Made by a program: the position numbers and the translations under genes. Positions 18,228 to 27,805 of a DNA stretch of 64,000 bases are shown here, one piece after another. The DNA is from Anaerolineae bacterium (GTDB taxonomy: Bacteria > Chloroflexota > Anaerolineae > Aggregatilineales > UBA3940): the NCBI GenBank assembly GCA_034435035.1, contig DAOTXW010000081.1, positions 72,580-136,579 on the forward strand, in the 5' to 3' direction. The notes beneath the pieces were generated by a model. It was not told the DNA's origin, ran no database searches, and worked only from the letters and a program-made list of their open reading frames with translations. Position 1 is the stretch's first letter; each line of letters begins with the position of its first letter.

Positions 18228-20344
18228 GGGGCAGCTGTCGGCGTGGGCGCCGGCGTGGGGACTCCCGGTGTGCCGGTCAGCTGCAGTTGGAGCGCCCGCT
18301 CCGTCTTCAGCCGGAAATAGTCATCCATCACCGCTGCCACAATCGGCAGCGCCACCGTCGCCCCTTCCTGCCCGTTGTAGACAAAGGCGATCACCGATAT
18401 CTCCGGGTTGCTGAAGGGTGCGTAGCCCATATACCAGGCGTGCGCCGGCCAGGCGCCGGGGATGCATCGGTCGAGCGCCGCCGCGATGTTATCACAGTAC
18501 TCGGCAGTCCCCGTCTTACCCGCCACCGGCACGTATGGCAGGCGCTCCTGGTGGCCCAGCGCAGTGCCGCCTTCGATCAGCACAGCCTGGCGCATCCCTT
18601 CGCGCACCAGCGCCAGACTCTCGCTGAGGGTCTCCTCGTAGGGCCCGGTGTGATCCCGGTAAGTGGGCCAGTACTCCCGGATGGCTTCCCGCATGTCCCG
18701 GGTATCGGGTTCAAAGCCGCGGATAACCCGCCCGTTGGCATCGGCGATCTGCCGTACCAGGGTGGGGCGTACCATGATGCCATCGTTGATGATGGTATTC
18801 ATCACGTGAATCATCTGGAGGGGAGTGGTCAGGACATACCCCTGACCAAACGCCGAGTTGTAGGTATCGCCTGTTGACCAGTTCTCGCCCCAGGTACGGC
18901 GCTTCCACGAGGGGCCGGGGATGATGCCATCGATCTCGCCGGCGAGTTCCACCCCGGTCTCGGCGCCCAGACCGAAGATCTCCATCCAGTGGCCTAACCG
19001 CTCGATGCCGAGGCCAATGCCCTCGACTTCGCCCGCAAAGCCACCGCCGACTTTATAGAAGTACACATCGCATGACCAGGCGATGCCGCGGATCAGATCC
19101 ACTGCGCCATGCCCGCGATTGCGCCCCCGGTCGATCCAGCACACGAACGTTTGCGCCTGGCTCGGCTCGTTGGGATAGTACCGATTCTCGAGCTGGATCT
19201 TGCCGGGATCCTCAATGGCGTAATCGGGCGCCACCACATCCTCCTCCAGCACGGCGGTGGCGGTCAGAACCTTGAAGATCGAACCCGGAGGGTACAGTGA
19301 GCTGACGGCCTGATTGAACAGCGGCGCCTTGGGATCCTGCGAGACCTGCAGGTAGTAGGGGTAGTCGATGGCACGGGCGAAGCGCTGGTTATCATACGTC
19401 GGCCAGCTGACCATTGTCAGGATCTCGCCGGTACGCGGGTTCATGGCGATCACCACGCCGCGGTCGAAGCCGATGCGATCCTGCGGATACAGCTGGCGCA
19501 TCGTCTCCAGCGTGTCGATCAGATGCTCCTGCGCCAGCCGCTGCAGCTCGGCGTCAATCGTCAGCTGCACACTGTAGCCCGGCTGCGCCGGCGTCTCGGC
19601 CAGTGTGCGGCGTACCTCGCCGGCCACATCGCGCTCCACCACCCGGGAACCTGGCCGGCCAGCCAGGATGTCATTGAGCGTGAACTCCACGCCATCGTAG
19701 CCGATCCGATCCCGGTCGAGCACATAGCCCTGCGCCTCATACTCCTCCGCCAGCGACTCCGGGATCGGCCCCATGTAGCCGATGACCTGCGAGGTCAGCG
19801 CCCCGGTGGGGTAGTCGCGCACAGAAAGCCACTCGATGGAAACCCCGGGCAGCTTCTCGGCCATGATGATGCGAGCCGTTTCGTAATCGATATCCGGCTT
19901 GACCACCACCCCGCGGAACGGGGCGATGCCTTCCCCCTCGGCCACCATGGTCACCAGGCTGCGCTGGGGGATGCCGCGCTCGTCCACTGTATTCAGTTCG
20001 CCGCTGAGGGGGACGCCGATCAGGCTTGCCAGGTGCTCCAGCACAGCCATCGACTCCGCATCATCTGCGGGCAGCAGAGCCGGCGTGACAATGACGTTAG
20101 CGCTGGCCACATTGACGGCCAGCGGCATCCCAGTGCGATCGGTCAGAATGCCGCGGGTAGCCGGGATGCTGACCGTATCGAACCGGTTGTCCTCGGCCCG
20201 CAGCACATAGGTTTCCCGCTCGACAAACTGGATCTGATACAGTCGCACAATCAGGGCAGCAAATGAGAGCATCATCACGGCCTGGAAGATCACCAGGCGC
20301 CCTGTTTGCCGGGGCCGACGAGAAGGTTGCAGATACGATGACAT
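18224..20344 (-). CDS. mrdA: Penicillin-binding protein 2 (elongasome class-B transpeptidase)
   Basis: N-terminal anchor plus PBP dimerisation domain. Transpeptidase motifs SIFK (PPGSIFKVLTA), SCD and KTGTAE. Located after mreBCD. Confidence 0.9.
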   Translation of the reverse strand: MSSYLQPSRRPRQTGRLVIFQAVMMLSFAALIVRLYQIQFVERETYVLRAEDNRFDTVSIPATRGILTDRTGMPLAVNVASANVIVTPALLPADDAESMAVLEHLASLIGVPLSGELNTVDERGIPQRSLVTMVAEGEGIAPFRGVVVKPDIDYETARIIMAEKLPGVSIEWLSVRDYPTGALTSQVIGYMGPIPESLAEEYEAQGYVLDRDRIGYDGVEFTLNDILAGRPGSRVVERDVAGEVRRTLAETPAQPGYSVQLTIDAELQRLAQEHLIDTLETMRQLYPQDRIGFDRGVVIAMNPRTGEILTMVSWPTYDNQRFARAIDYPYYLQVSQDPKAPLFNQAVSSLYPPGSIFKVLTATAVLEEDVVAPDYAIEDPGKIQLENRYYPNEPSQAQTFVCWIDRGRNRGHGAVDLIRGIAWSCDVYFYKVGGGFAGEVEGIGLGIERLGHWMEIFGLGAETGVELAGEIDGIIPGPSWKRRTWGENWSTGDTYNSAFGQGYVLTTPLQMIHVMNTIINDGIMVRPTLVRQIADANGRVIRGFEPDTRDMREAIREYWPTYRDHTGPYEETLSESLALVREGMRQAVLIEGGTALGHQERLPYVPVAGKTGTAEYCDNIAAALDRCIPGAWPAHAWYMGYAPFSNPEISVIAFVYNGQEGATVALPIVAAVMDDYFRLKTERALQLQLTGTPGVPTPAPTPTAAP

Positions 20345-20415
20345 TAATCAGTTATCCGGCGCAGCGGGGTTCTGAGCCCGGCTGCCTGCGTGCTTCGCAG
20401 CGCCACCGCCAAGCA

Positions 20416-20919
20416 CTAGATCCTGACCTGCCGCGGGTGCAGCCTCGTATACGGACCGGTCAACAGCCGCACAGCCGGCAGAATCAACAGCAGATCGAAG
20501 GCCACCGAGGGCAGGGCCGTGTACCGGAGCGCCTCCCCCCAGGGGAGCGCCATGCCCATAGTAAACCGCAGCAGCAGCAGGTATGCCAGATGATATGCCA
20601 GTGCGCCAGCCGCGGTCAACAGCAGCGGCAGGGCGATATTCGTACGATATACCCCCGCTTCGGTCAGGCCCACCACATAAGCGATCGGGACCAGCGCAAG
20701 CGAAGATAGGCCAAGCGGCGCCCCGGACAGCAGATCAAGCAGCAGGCCGCCCACAAACGCCCAGACCATGCCTTCGCGATCGTGGTCAAGTGTGGCCCAC
20801 GCCAGCACCAGCACAACGATCAGATCCGGCTGCCCGCCGTAGACGCGCAGGTAAGGCAGGATGGTCGCCTGCACCAGGGCCGCTGCCAGCAGCAGCGGCA
20901 CGCCCAACTGAAGGCTCAC
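20416..20919 (-). CDS. mreD: Rod shape-determining protein MreD
   Basis: 167-aa five-TM protein immediately after mreC, with a GTGA overlap at 20916-20919. Confidence 0.75.
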   Translation of the reverse strand: MSLQLGVPLLLAAALVQATILPYLRVYGGQPDLIVVLVLAWATLDHDREGMVWAFVGGLLLDLLSGAPLGLSSLALVPIAYVVGLTEAGVYRTNIALPLLLTAAGALAYHLAYLLLLRFTMGMALPWGEALRYTALPSVAFDLLLILPAVRLLTGPYTRLHPRQVRI

Positions 20920-21782
20920 GGCACCTGCCCTCCCTGACCTTCGATATCCTGCTCAAAGATCGACAGATCAACCGGCTCGAAGCTGATGATGACGCTGACC
21001 AGCTCCAGCTGGTTGAAATCCACCGTGGGGCGAATTTCTGCATCCTGGAACAGCGCCGCAGGCTGCTTGCGTACACTGGAGACCTGCCCGATCACGATAT
21101 TAGCGGGAAAGGCTCCGCCCAGCCCTGATGTCAGGACAAGGTCACCGGGTTCTATCAGCGCCTCCTGCGGGATCAGCTCCATACGCAGGCTGCCCTGCAG
21201 CTGCCCCACCACAGTGCCCTCCGCGCGGGCATTCTGCAAACGGGCATTGACCAGGCTCCCCTGATCGATCACTAGACGCACCCAGGCGGCATTGGCCGCA
21301 GCATCCTCCACGCGACCCACCAGCCCCAGGTCGCTGATGACCGGGTTGCCTGGTGTGACGCCATCACGGGTTCCACGGTTGATGATGATCCAGCGGAGGT
21401 AGCTGCTGGTATCCCGGGCGATCACATCGGCTGTGACAAGCCCCTGATCGGGATTCTCGGCGGCGTAGCTGACCAGCCCGCTGAGCCGGTAATAATCGCG
21501 CTCGATCTCACGCAGACGGACGATCTCCACCTGCAGCCTGGCGACGGTCGCCTCCAGCTCGCGGCTCCGCGCCTGCAATGCGTCGTAATCCTCAGGCGGA
21601 GCGCTCAGGTCTCGCGCGGCCGTCGCCCCACCGGTCAGCAGACGGGCCAGCGGCGAGATGGGCGCCATCACCGCTGTGACCAGTGGGCGCAGCGGGCCCG
21701 CCTGAACGCCTGCGCTGACCAGCGCAAGCGCCACCAGGATCAGCACTCCCAGTGTCAGCAGACGGCTGTTCTGTCGCCTCAT
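20916..21782 (-). CDS. mreC: Rod shape-determining protein MreC
   Basis: N-terminal anchor, coiled coil (ELEATVARLQVEIVRLRE), then beta-barrel repeats with GNPVISDLGLVGRV and GDLVLTSGLGGAFPANIVIGQV. Confidence 0.9.
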   Translation of the reverse strand: MRRQNSRLLTLGVLILVALALVSAGVQAGPLRPLVTAVMAPISPLARLLTGGATAARDLSAPPEDYDALQARSRELEATVARLQVEIVRLREIERDYYRLSGLVSYAAENPDQGLVTADVIARDTSSYLRWIIINRGTRDGVTPGNPVISDLGLVGRVEDAAANAAWVRLVIDQGSLVNARLQNARAEGTVVGQLQGSLRMELIPQEALIEPGDLVLTSGLGGAFPANIVIGQVSSVRKQPAALFQDAEIRPTVDFNQLELVSVIISFEPVDLSIFEQDIEGQGGQVP

Positions 21783-21888
21783 CCCTCACCCGGCCCATAA
21801 ACCAAATGGGCGTGATCCCTGGGCATGGTGGCAGGAATCACCCCCTCGATGTCGGCGCTGTGGGATCCGGCGCGCGCTTGCGCCCGGA

Positions 21889-22950
21889 TCAGTGCTGAGT
21901 GCTGCCGCGCTCCAGCCCCACCAGCATACGCCTGAGATTATCATAGTCTTCCAGCACGCGGCCCGCACCCCGCGCCACACAGGTCATCGGATCTTCGGCC
22001 AGCCAGACCCGCATGTTGGTTTCTTCCGAGATGCGCTCCGCCAAGCCGGCCAGCAGCGATCCCCCGCCGGCCATACAGATGCCGGTTTCCATCAGGTCCG
22101 AGATCAGTTCTGGCGGGGTCTCATCCAGCGCTTCTTTGAGGGTATCCACGATCACCTGCACCGATCCGGACAGCGCCTCACGCAGCTCAATCGAGGAAAT
22201 ATCGATCGTCTCGGGCAGGCCGGTGATCAGGTTGCGCCCGCGCATCGTCACGCGCCGCTCCTCTGGCAGCGGGTAGGCGGACCCGGCATCCAGCTTCGCG
22301 CGCTCGGCCATACGCTCGCCGATCAGCAGATTATACTTGGTCCGCATGTACTGAATGATGTCCTCATCCATCTCATCGCCGGCCACGCGGATCGATCGGC
22401 TGATCACAATGCCACCCAGCGAGAAGATCGCCACCTCGGTCGTGCCGCCCCCGATATCCACGATCATGCTGCCATGGCTCTCAGTGATTGGCAGCCCGGC
22501 GCCGATGGCGGCAGCCATGGGTTCCTCGATCAGGAACGCCTCGCGTGCTCCGGCGGACATCGTTGCATCATAAACGGCCCGCTTCTCAACCTCGGTCACG
22601 CCGCTGGGGATGCCTACTACCACCCGCGGGCGCGGCACCGGGACGAGAGACTGCTCATGCGCTTTGCCGATGAAATACTCCAGCATGGCCTGCGTGATTT
22701 CGAATTCCGAGATCACCCCATCACGCAGGGGCCGGATGGCGATGATATTGGCGGGTGTGCGGCCCACCATCTGCCGCGCTTCAGCACCGATGGCCAGGGC
22801 CTTGCGGGTGCGCTTATCAATGGCCACCCAGGACGGCTCATTGATCATAATGCCGCGGCCCCGCACGTTGACCAGAGTGTTGGCTGTGCCCAGATCAATG
22901 CCGATATCCAGCGAAAAAAGGCCAAGCAGCCAATTCAGCGGGGTAAACAA
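21889..22950 (-). CDS. mreB: Rod shape-determining actin homolog MreB
   Basis: DIGIDLGTANTLV, EPMAAAIGAGLP and DIGGGTTEVA motifs. Start reassigned to TTG 22950..22948, which has AGGAG 8 nt upstream and a consensus promoter at 23008-23036 lying inside the longer track ORF. Confidence 0.9.
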   Translation of the reverse strand: MFTPLNWLLGLFSLDIGIDLGTANTLVNVRGRGIMINEPSWVAIDKRTRKALAIGAEARQMVGRTPANIIAIRPLRDGVISEFEITQAMLEYFIGKAHEQSLVPVPRPRVVVGIPSGVTEVEKRAVYDATMSAGAREAFLIEEPMAAAIGAGLPITESHGSMIVDIGGGTTEVAIFSLGGIVISRSIRVAGDEMDEDIIQYMRTKYNLLIGERMAERAKLDAGSAYPLPEERRVTMRGRNLITGLPETIDISSIELREALSGSVQVIVDTLKEALDETPPELISDLMETGICMAGGGSLLAGLAERISEETNMRVWLAEDPMTCVARGAGRVLEDYDNLRRMLVGLERGSTQH

Positions 22951-23007
22951 AAAGTGAGCTCCTGGGGTTATCTCCCTGAAAGGCTTGCCAGGGCATACCA
23001 GCGGCGG

Positions 23008-23036
23008 ATTATACCATTCGCCTACCTCACCTGCAA
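23008..23036 (-). promoter_or_regulatory. Sigma-A-type promoter of mreB
   Basis: Minus strand reads TTGCAG, 17 nt, TATAAT (-35 at 23036..23031, -10 at 23013..23008). Confidence 0.55.
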
Positions 23037-23244
23037 TCGACCGGCACCCGGGGGTGCATTTCAAGACAATGGATAATGGACGGCCAGGGAGCGCGTGATG
23101 GAGCCTCGCCCTTACCACCGGGCTGCGTCCGATCCCTCTCCGCGCAGCCTGGCAGCATTCTCGCCACGCCAGCGGAGACAGGCAAGGGTCGATGGGCCGG
23201 CCGCCCGCCTGACATGCACCCGTACCCGGTGAATACCAGGAGCC

Positions 23245-23273
23245 TTGACGGTGCCCTGCCCCGGATGTATGGT
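23245..23273 (+). promoter_or_regulatory. Sigma-A-type promoter candidate for the 23347 gene
   Basis: TTGACG (23245-23250), 17 nt, TATGGT (23268-23273). Confidence 0.4.
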
Positions 23274-23346
23274 TATGATGGCTGAGATACTTATGGTAGC
23301 GCCTCGCTGCCGGGAGGCCGGGGCATCTGATGGAGTGTAATAGATA

Positions 23347-24690
23347 ATGGCAGAGCGTTTTATTCAGTCGCTGGCAGACAATATGGCCGATGTGCTAACC
23401 ACCGCGGCGGTGATCGGAGGTCTGGTACTGCTGATTCTGTATCTGCGGGCGCGCCAGCGGCGCGTGGCACGGCTGCGCGCCGAGGTGCACGGCGCCGTAG
23501 CGCAACCCCCCCGTCTACGTGAGGTGCTGGGCAGGGTTGCCAACCTGACCACAGCCGAGATGGCGGCTGTCGGCACCGTGACGTTCGTGGACATTGCCTG
23601 GCAGTACAGCCTGGCTGATCCGCAGATCTGGGATCATTTCAGCGGTCCGGCGGCCGACCACATCATCGATGCCATCCAGAATCTTGACGTGCTGAGGGCC
23701 AGCCTCGGCGAGCGCTCACAGGCGGCAGCGAACCAGCTACTCGAGAGCCTCAAAGCGACCGAAGCCGCCCAGGTCTTCCATGATCTGGTGGAGAAGCTTC
23801 CGCTTGTGGAGAGCGCCGCCGCGTCAACGGCGGTGGCGGTGGAGGCGTCGGGGCATTCGATGGTCGATTCGCTGTCGGCGGCCAGCGCTGCCGTGGAAGG
23901 CAAGGCCCATGCGGCGGCGGGGGCGGTCGGCGCGACGGCTGGCGGCGGCCTGATCCAGCACCTGCCGCTGGTGACAATCGGGTTTGCGACCTACCGGGCG
24001 TGGCGCCGCAGCCAGCGCGGGACGGGGCTGGGCCGCAACATCGAGTTTACCGCCATTGAGGTGGCAACGCGGGCAGGCGGCGGGCTGATCGGCAGCCAGC
24101 TCGGCGGAGCAGCCGGCACCGCCATCGCCCCCGGGATCGGCACGCTGCTGGGCGGGGTGGCCGGGGCAGTGGCCGGGACGATCGGCGGAGTCCTGCTGGG
24201 TGAGGACATCAAGAAGCGGCACCTGCGCCAGGCGCAGCGTGCGTTTGAGGAATCGCTCGAGCAGCTCGGCCGGACATACCTGGAAGAGCCGGCTGCCTTC
24301 CAGCGGCTGACGGGTGTGTTCGTGCAGCATGAGCGCGCCTATGTCGAAAGTCTGCGCCAGACCCGGCGCCGCCTGCTCGCCTACGCGATGCCATGGCGCA
24401 TCGCCTGGCCGGATCAGAAGCTGATCCTGCTCCAGGAGACTGTGCGGCTGGCTGAAGATCGCCTGAGCAGCGTCCGTCAGGGCACCATCGACGCGATTGA
24501 CCGCCTCGACTATATGCGGGTGCGCGGCCAGAACCGGGAGCTTGGTGCGATCCTGTGGAGCAACCCGGCGCTGCGCGACCAGGTGGATCCGGATCCGGCC
24601 CTGGTACAGACTCTTGACCAGCAGCAGGCCCGCCTGCGCCGCGAGATCGCCCACATGGGTCTTTCGCTCTCAGAAAGCGCGGCGATGTGA
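23347..24690 (+). CDS. Hypothetical membrane protein with central glycine-zipper segment and helical C-terminal domain
   Basis: N-terminal TM VLTTAAVIGGLVLLILYL and Gly-zipper AGGGLIGSQLGGAAGTAIAPGIGTLLGGVAGAVAGTIGGVLLG. I recognise no family. The stop overlaps the tsaB GTG start (GTGA at 24687-24690). Confidence 0.55.
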   Translation: MAERFIQSLADNMADVLTTAAVIGGLVLLILYLRARQRRVARLRAEVHGAVAQPPRLREVLGRVANLTTAEMAAVGTVTFVDIAWQYSLADPQIWDHFSGPAADHIIDAIQNLDVLRASLGERSQAAANQLLESLKATEAAQVFHDLVEKLPLVESAAASTAVAVEASGHSMVDSLSAASAAVEGKAHAAAGAVGATAGGGLIQHLPLVTIGFATYRAWRRSQRGTGLGRNIEFTAIEVATRAGGGLIGSQLGGAAGTAIAPGIGTLLGGVAGAVAGTIGGVLLGEDIKKRHLRQAQRAFEESLEQLGRTYLEEPAAFQRLTGVFVQHERAYVESLRQTRRRLLAYAMPWRIAWPDQKLILLQETVRLAEDRLSSVRQGTIDAIDRLDYMRVRGQNRELGAILWSNPALRDQVDPDPALVQTLDQQQARLRREIAHMGLSLSESAAM

Positions 24691-25337
24691 TTCTGGCGCT
24701 TGACACAGCGACCCGGATGATCGGCCTGGCCCTGCATGATGGCCAGGAGGTGATCGCCGAGGAGGTATGGCGCACTGCCGGCCATCACACGGTAGAAGTC
24801 GCTCCGGCCCTGCGCCGCATGCTGGAGCGGGTGGGTACATCCATCGCCGATCTGCGGGCGGTCGCCGTTGCGCTGGGCCCCGGTTCGTATACCGGCCTGC
24901 GGATCGGCATGAGTCTGGCCAAGGGGCTGGCCCTGGGGGCTGTGCCTCCCCTGCCTTTGCTCGGCATCCCTACGCTGGATATCGTAGCGGCGGCACAGCC
25001 TCACCAGGTGGAGCGCCTGTGCGCAGTAGCGCAGGCGGGGCGCGGGCGCGTGAACGCGGGATTTTTCACCTGGCAGGGTGAGCGCTGGGTCGCCGCCGGG
25101 CCGCCGTTCATTGCCACGCTGGCCGAGCTGGCGGCACGGCTCGAGCCGCCGATACAGGTCAGCGGCGAGCTGGATCCGGCCGGCCGCGCTGCCCTGTCCA
25201 CCCCCGCAGGCGTGCTGCTGGCCGGGCCGGCTCTCTCCCTGCGGCGACCTGCTCTCCTCGCCGAACTGGCGGCTGCCCGGCTGGCCGCCGGCGAGGCAGA
25301 GGATCCGGCCCTGCTGACCCCTGTCTACATGCATTGA
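24687..25337 (+). CDS. tsaB: tRNA t6A37 threonylcarbamoyl transfer complex dimerisation subunit TsaB
   Basis: ILALDTAT...GLAL..., DLRAVAVALGPGSYTGLRIGMSLAKGLAL. Confidence 0.85.
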   Translation: MILALDTATRMIGLALHDGQEVIAEEVWRTAGHHTVEVAPALRRMLERVGTSIADLRAVAVALGPGSYTGLRIGMSLAKGLALGAVPPLPLLGIPTLDIVAAAQPHQVERLCAVAQAGRGRVNAGFFTWQGERWVAAGPPFIATLAELAARLEPPIQVSGELDPAGRAALSTPAGVLLAGPALSLRRPALLAELAAARLAAGEAEDPALLTPVYMH

Positions 25338-25349
25338 GAAAGCACGCTG

Positions 25350-25961
25350 ATGTCCGATCACCGGCTGCCTGTGATCCTGCGCCCGATGAGGATGGGCGAT
25401 ATTGACGAAGTCGTGGAGCTGGATCGCCTATCGTTCCCCACACCGTGGCCTGCCCGCACCTATCGCTACGAGCTGACGAACCCGGATCGCACGACGCTGG
25501 CCGTGCTGGAGCGCCCGGATGGGCTACCTTACCCGGTGAGCCGCCCGCTGGTCCGATGGCTGCGCCGCCTGACCCACCAGCCAGCCACGACCGGCAGGCT
25601 GGCGGGATATGTGGGTATGTGGCATATCGCCGATGAGGCACATGTCAGCACTATCGCCGTTCACCCCGACTGGCGCGGCCATAAGCTCGGCGAGCTGCTG
25701 CTGTGGAGCATGATCCGTCGGGCCGCCCAGCGGGGCGCTCACATGATTACTCTGGAGGTGCGTGTCACCAATATCGTCGCCCAGAACCTGTACCGCAAGT
25801 ACCACTTTGAGGTGATGGGGCGGCGTAAAGGTTACTATCGCGACAATGGCGAAGATGCATACATGATGGGCGTCACCAACATCGATGCTGACTACCGCGA
25901 GCAACTGATGAGCTACGGCCGGGCGCTGGCCAGTGTGCTGCGCGTGACCGACCGATTGTAG
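25350..25961 (+). CDS. rimI: GNAT acetyltransferase, ribosomal-protein-alanine N-acetyltransferase-like
   Basis: RPMRMGDIDEVVELDRLSFPTPW, IAVHPDWRGHKLGELLL, AQNLYRKYHF. Typical position after tsaB. Confidence 0.75.
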   Translation: MSDHRLPVILRPMRMGDIDEVVELDRLSFPTPWPARTYRYELTNPDRTTLAVLERPDGLPYPVSRPLVRWLRRLTHQPATTGRLAGYVGMWHIADEAHVSTIAVHPDWRGHKLGELLLWSMIRRAAQRGAHMITLEVRVTNIVAQNLYRKYHFEVMGRRKGYYRDNGEDAYMMGVTNIDADYREQLMSYGRALASVLRVTDRL

Positions 25962-25983
25962 CGCCATCCGCCGGGCTATCAGC

Positions 25984-26964
25984 CTATTCCGTCAACGCCG
26001 ATGCGGCCTCCTGCGCCGGCAGCGTCCTTTGCAGGTGCTGGCGATACCAGGCCACGGTATCGCGGATCGCCGTGCGATGCGGCGTAGTCGAGCCGCCGAA
26101 CGCGCGGACAAACTTGCTGTGATCCACAATATGCGGTTCTTCAAACTCGTACAGCATCTCGCTCATCTCACGCATAATCGGGATGAACAGCCCCATTGAC
26201 TTCACCAGCCAGGAAGGGGCCGGTGACGCACGGAAAGGCAGCCCGGCCTCCTCAAACACCAGCGCCAGGAACTCGCGCGTCGTTAGTGTTTCCGCGCTGG
26301 GCACGTGCCATACCTGACCCAGGGCTTCTTCATGCTCGCCCAGCGTTGCCACCGCCGCCCCGACATCGTGGATATAGGTATAGGTGTGCGGCACATCCAG
26401 GCTGCCCATGAGAGTCGGGGCTTTGCCCGCGACGATACGCCCGAAAATGAGCTCACCGCAGGCTGACTGCAGCACATGCGGCCCGTAGTAGTCGGAAGCG
26501 CGGGCGATGGCGACACGGACGCGCCCGCTGGCATGTGCCTCCATCAGCTCCTCAGACATCCGCGCCCGTGTGCGCCCTTTACGCCCGGTGGCAGCATGCG
26601 GCAGGGTTTCAGTCATCGGTCCGTGAACTGGACCGTACATGTAAACGTTCTCCAGCGAGATCAGGCGCGCCCCGCTGTCCACTGCTGCAGCCAGCACACC
26701 TGCCTGCAGCGGGGGGAAAAGCTCCGGCCAGCGTGTATAAGGGGCATTCAGGCAGTTGTAGATCACGGCGGCCCCGGAAGCGGCCTGCCGCGCAGCGGCG
26801 TGATCGGTCACATCGGCTGCCACCACCTCAACCCCGGCGGGGATGTGCGCCCGCCCGCTGCGGTTCACCATCCGCACACGCCGCCCACGGGCTACCAGCG
26901 CCTGCATCGTTGCCATGCCCAGCGGGCCTGTTCCAAACACAACATGCAGCTCACAGTCTGGCAT
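25984..26964 (-). CDS. NAD(P)-binding SDR / NmrA-epimerase family oxidoreductase
   Basis: N-terminal Rossmann motif VVFGTGPLGMATMQALVARG. AGGAGAG RBS lies before ATG 26964. Confidence 0.7.
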   Translation of the reverse strand: MPDCELHVVFGTGPLGMATMQALVARGRRVRMVNRSGRAHIPAGVEVVAADVTDHAAARQAASGAAVIYNCLNAPYTRWPELFPPLQAGVLAAAVDSGARLISLENVYMYGPVHGPMTETLPHAATGRKGRTRARMSEELMEAHASGRVRVAIARASDYYGPHVLQSACGELIFGRIVAGKAPTLMGSLDVPHTYTYIHDVGAAVATLGEHEEALGQVWHVPSAETLTTREFLALVFEEAGLPFRASPAPSWLVKSMGLFIPIMREMSEMLYEFEEPHIVDHSKFVRAFGGSTTPHRTAIRDTVAWYRQHLQRTLPAQEAASALTE

Positions 26965-27079
26965 TGCTCTCTCCTGTCAGTGATTCACCATCCGGCGCCT
27001 GCCGGTGCGGTCGCGCATTGAAGAAACCTGCCGATTTGCAGACGGACGAAAAACAGACCTGGATAGTCCGGCGGGAAGC

Positions 27080-27787
27080 TCAGGGGGCGATCCCCGCGGC
27101 GATCAGCAGATCGTCGATAACTACCCTGTACAGGGCATCTACATCGCCGGCAACGGGCTGTAGGTGTTCGAACAGCTCCAGCATGATCACCCCGTGCAGC
27201 CGTGTCCAGCCCAGCACCCCCAGATACAGTGCCAGCAGCGGCACCTCATAACCGCCGGAGGCTGCCAGCGCCTCCATGTGCGCCTCCAGCGGCGCAGGCA
27301 CACGATCAATAGTTCCCCTCCCCTCCACCCGATTGGCCAGCGCCTCGGCAATCAGCGTCACAATGATGGCAAAGCCGCGCGCCGCTGCCGGGACGGTCAC
27401 CTCGCCGGGTGCCACATAGCCGGGGATGGGATTGCCGTAGATCAGCGCGAAGTCCAGCGGGTGGCTCAGGGCCCAGTCGCGATAGGTGAGCAGAATCGCC
27501 CGCAGGCGTGCGGCCGCTGGCTCTCCTGCGTGCGCATCGCGCTCCGCCTCCAGTGCATCGGCGAGTGCATGGAAAGCGCTGGCCACCAGATCCGTGATCA
27601 GATCGTCGCGTGAAGGGTAGTAGCGATACAGCGCCGGCGCTGTTACCCCCATCGCGCGGGCGATGCTCCGGAGTGAGATAGCGGCTGTCCCCTCCCGGCT
27701 CATCTGAGCGCGGGCATGCTGCTTGATCTCCTCACGAGTGGCTTCATGCCGCTGCTCCCGCCGCGTCATTGTTTGCTGCCCGGTCAT
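27080..27787 (-). CDS. TetR family transcriptional regulator
   Basis: HTH region REEIKQHARAQMSREGTAAISLRSIARAMGVTAPALYRYYPSRDDL. Start moved to ATG 27787 (GGTGGAG RBS), which leaves the palindrome 27806-27826 upstream. Confidence 0.85.
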   Translation of the reverse strand: MTGQQTMTRREQRHEATREEIKQHARAQMSREGTAAISLRSIARAMGVTAPALYRYYPSRDDLITDLVASAFHALADALEAERDAHAGEPAAARLRAILLTYRDWALSHPLDFALIYGNPIPGYVAPGEVTVPAAARGFAIIVTLIAEALANRVEGRGTIDRVPAPLEAHMEALAASGGYEVPLLALYLGVLGWTRLHGVIMLELFEHLQPVAGDVDALYRVVIDDLLIAAGIAP

Positions 27788-27805
27788 TGTCACTCCACCG
27801 ATGCG

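Noticed and set aside
21892-23076. 394-aa + strand ORF antisense to mreB, and the 56-codon 5' extension of mreB itself (22951..23118).
   Set aside because: mreB motifs unambiguously define the minus frame. The extension contains the mreB promoter (TTGCAG-17-TATAAT) and RBS, so translation most likely starts at TTG 22950.
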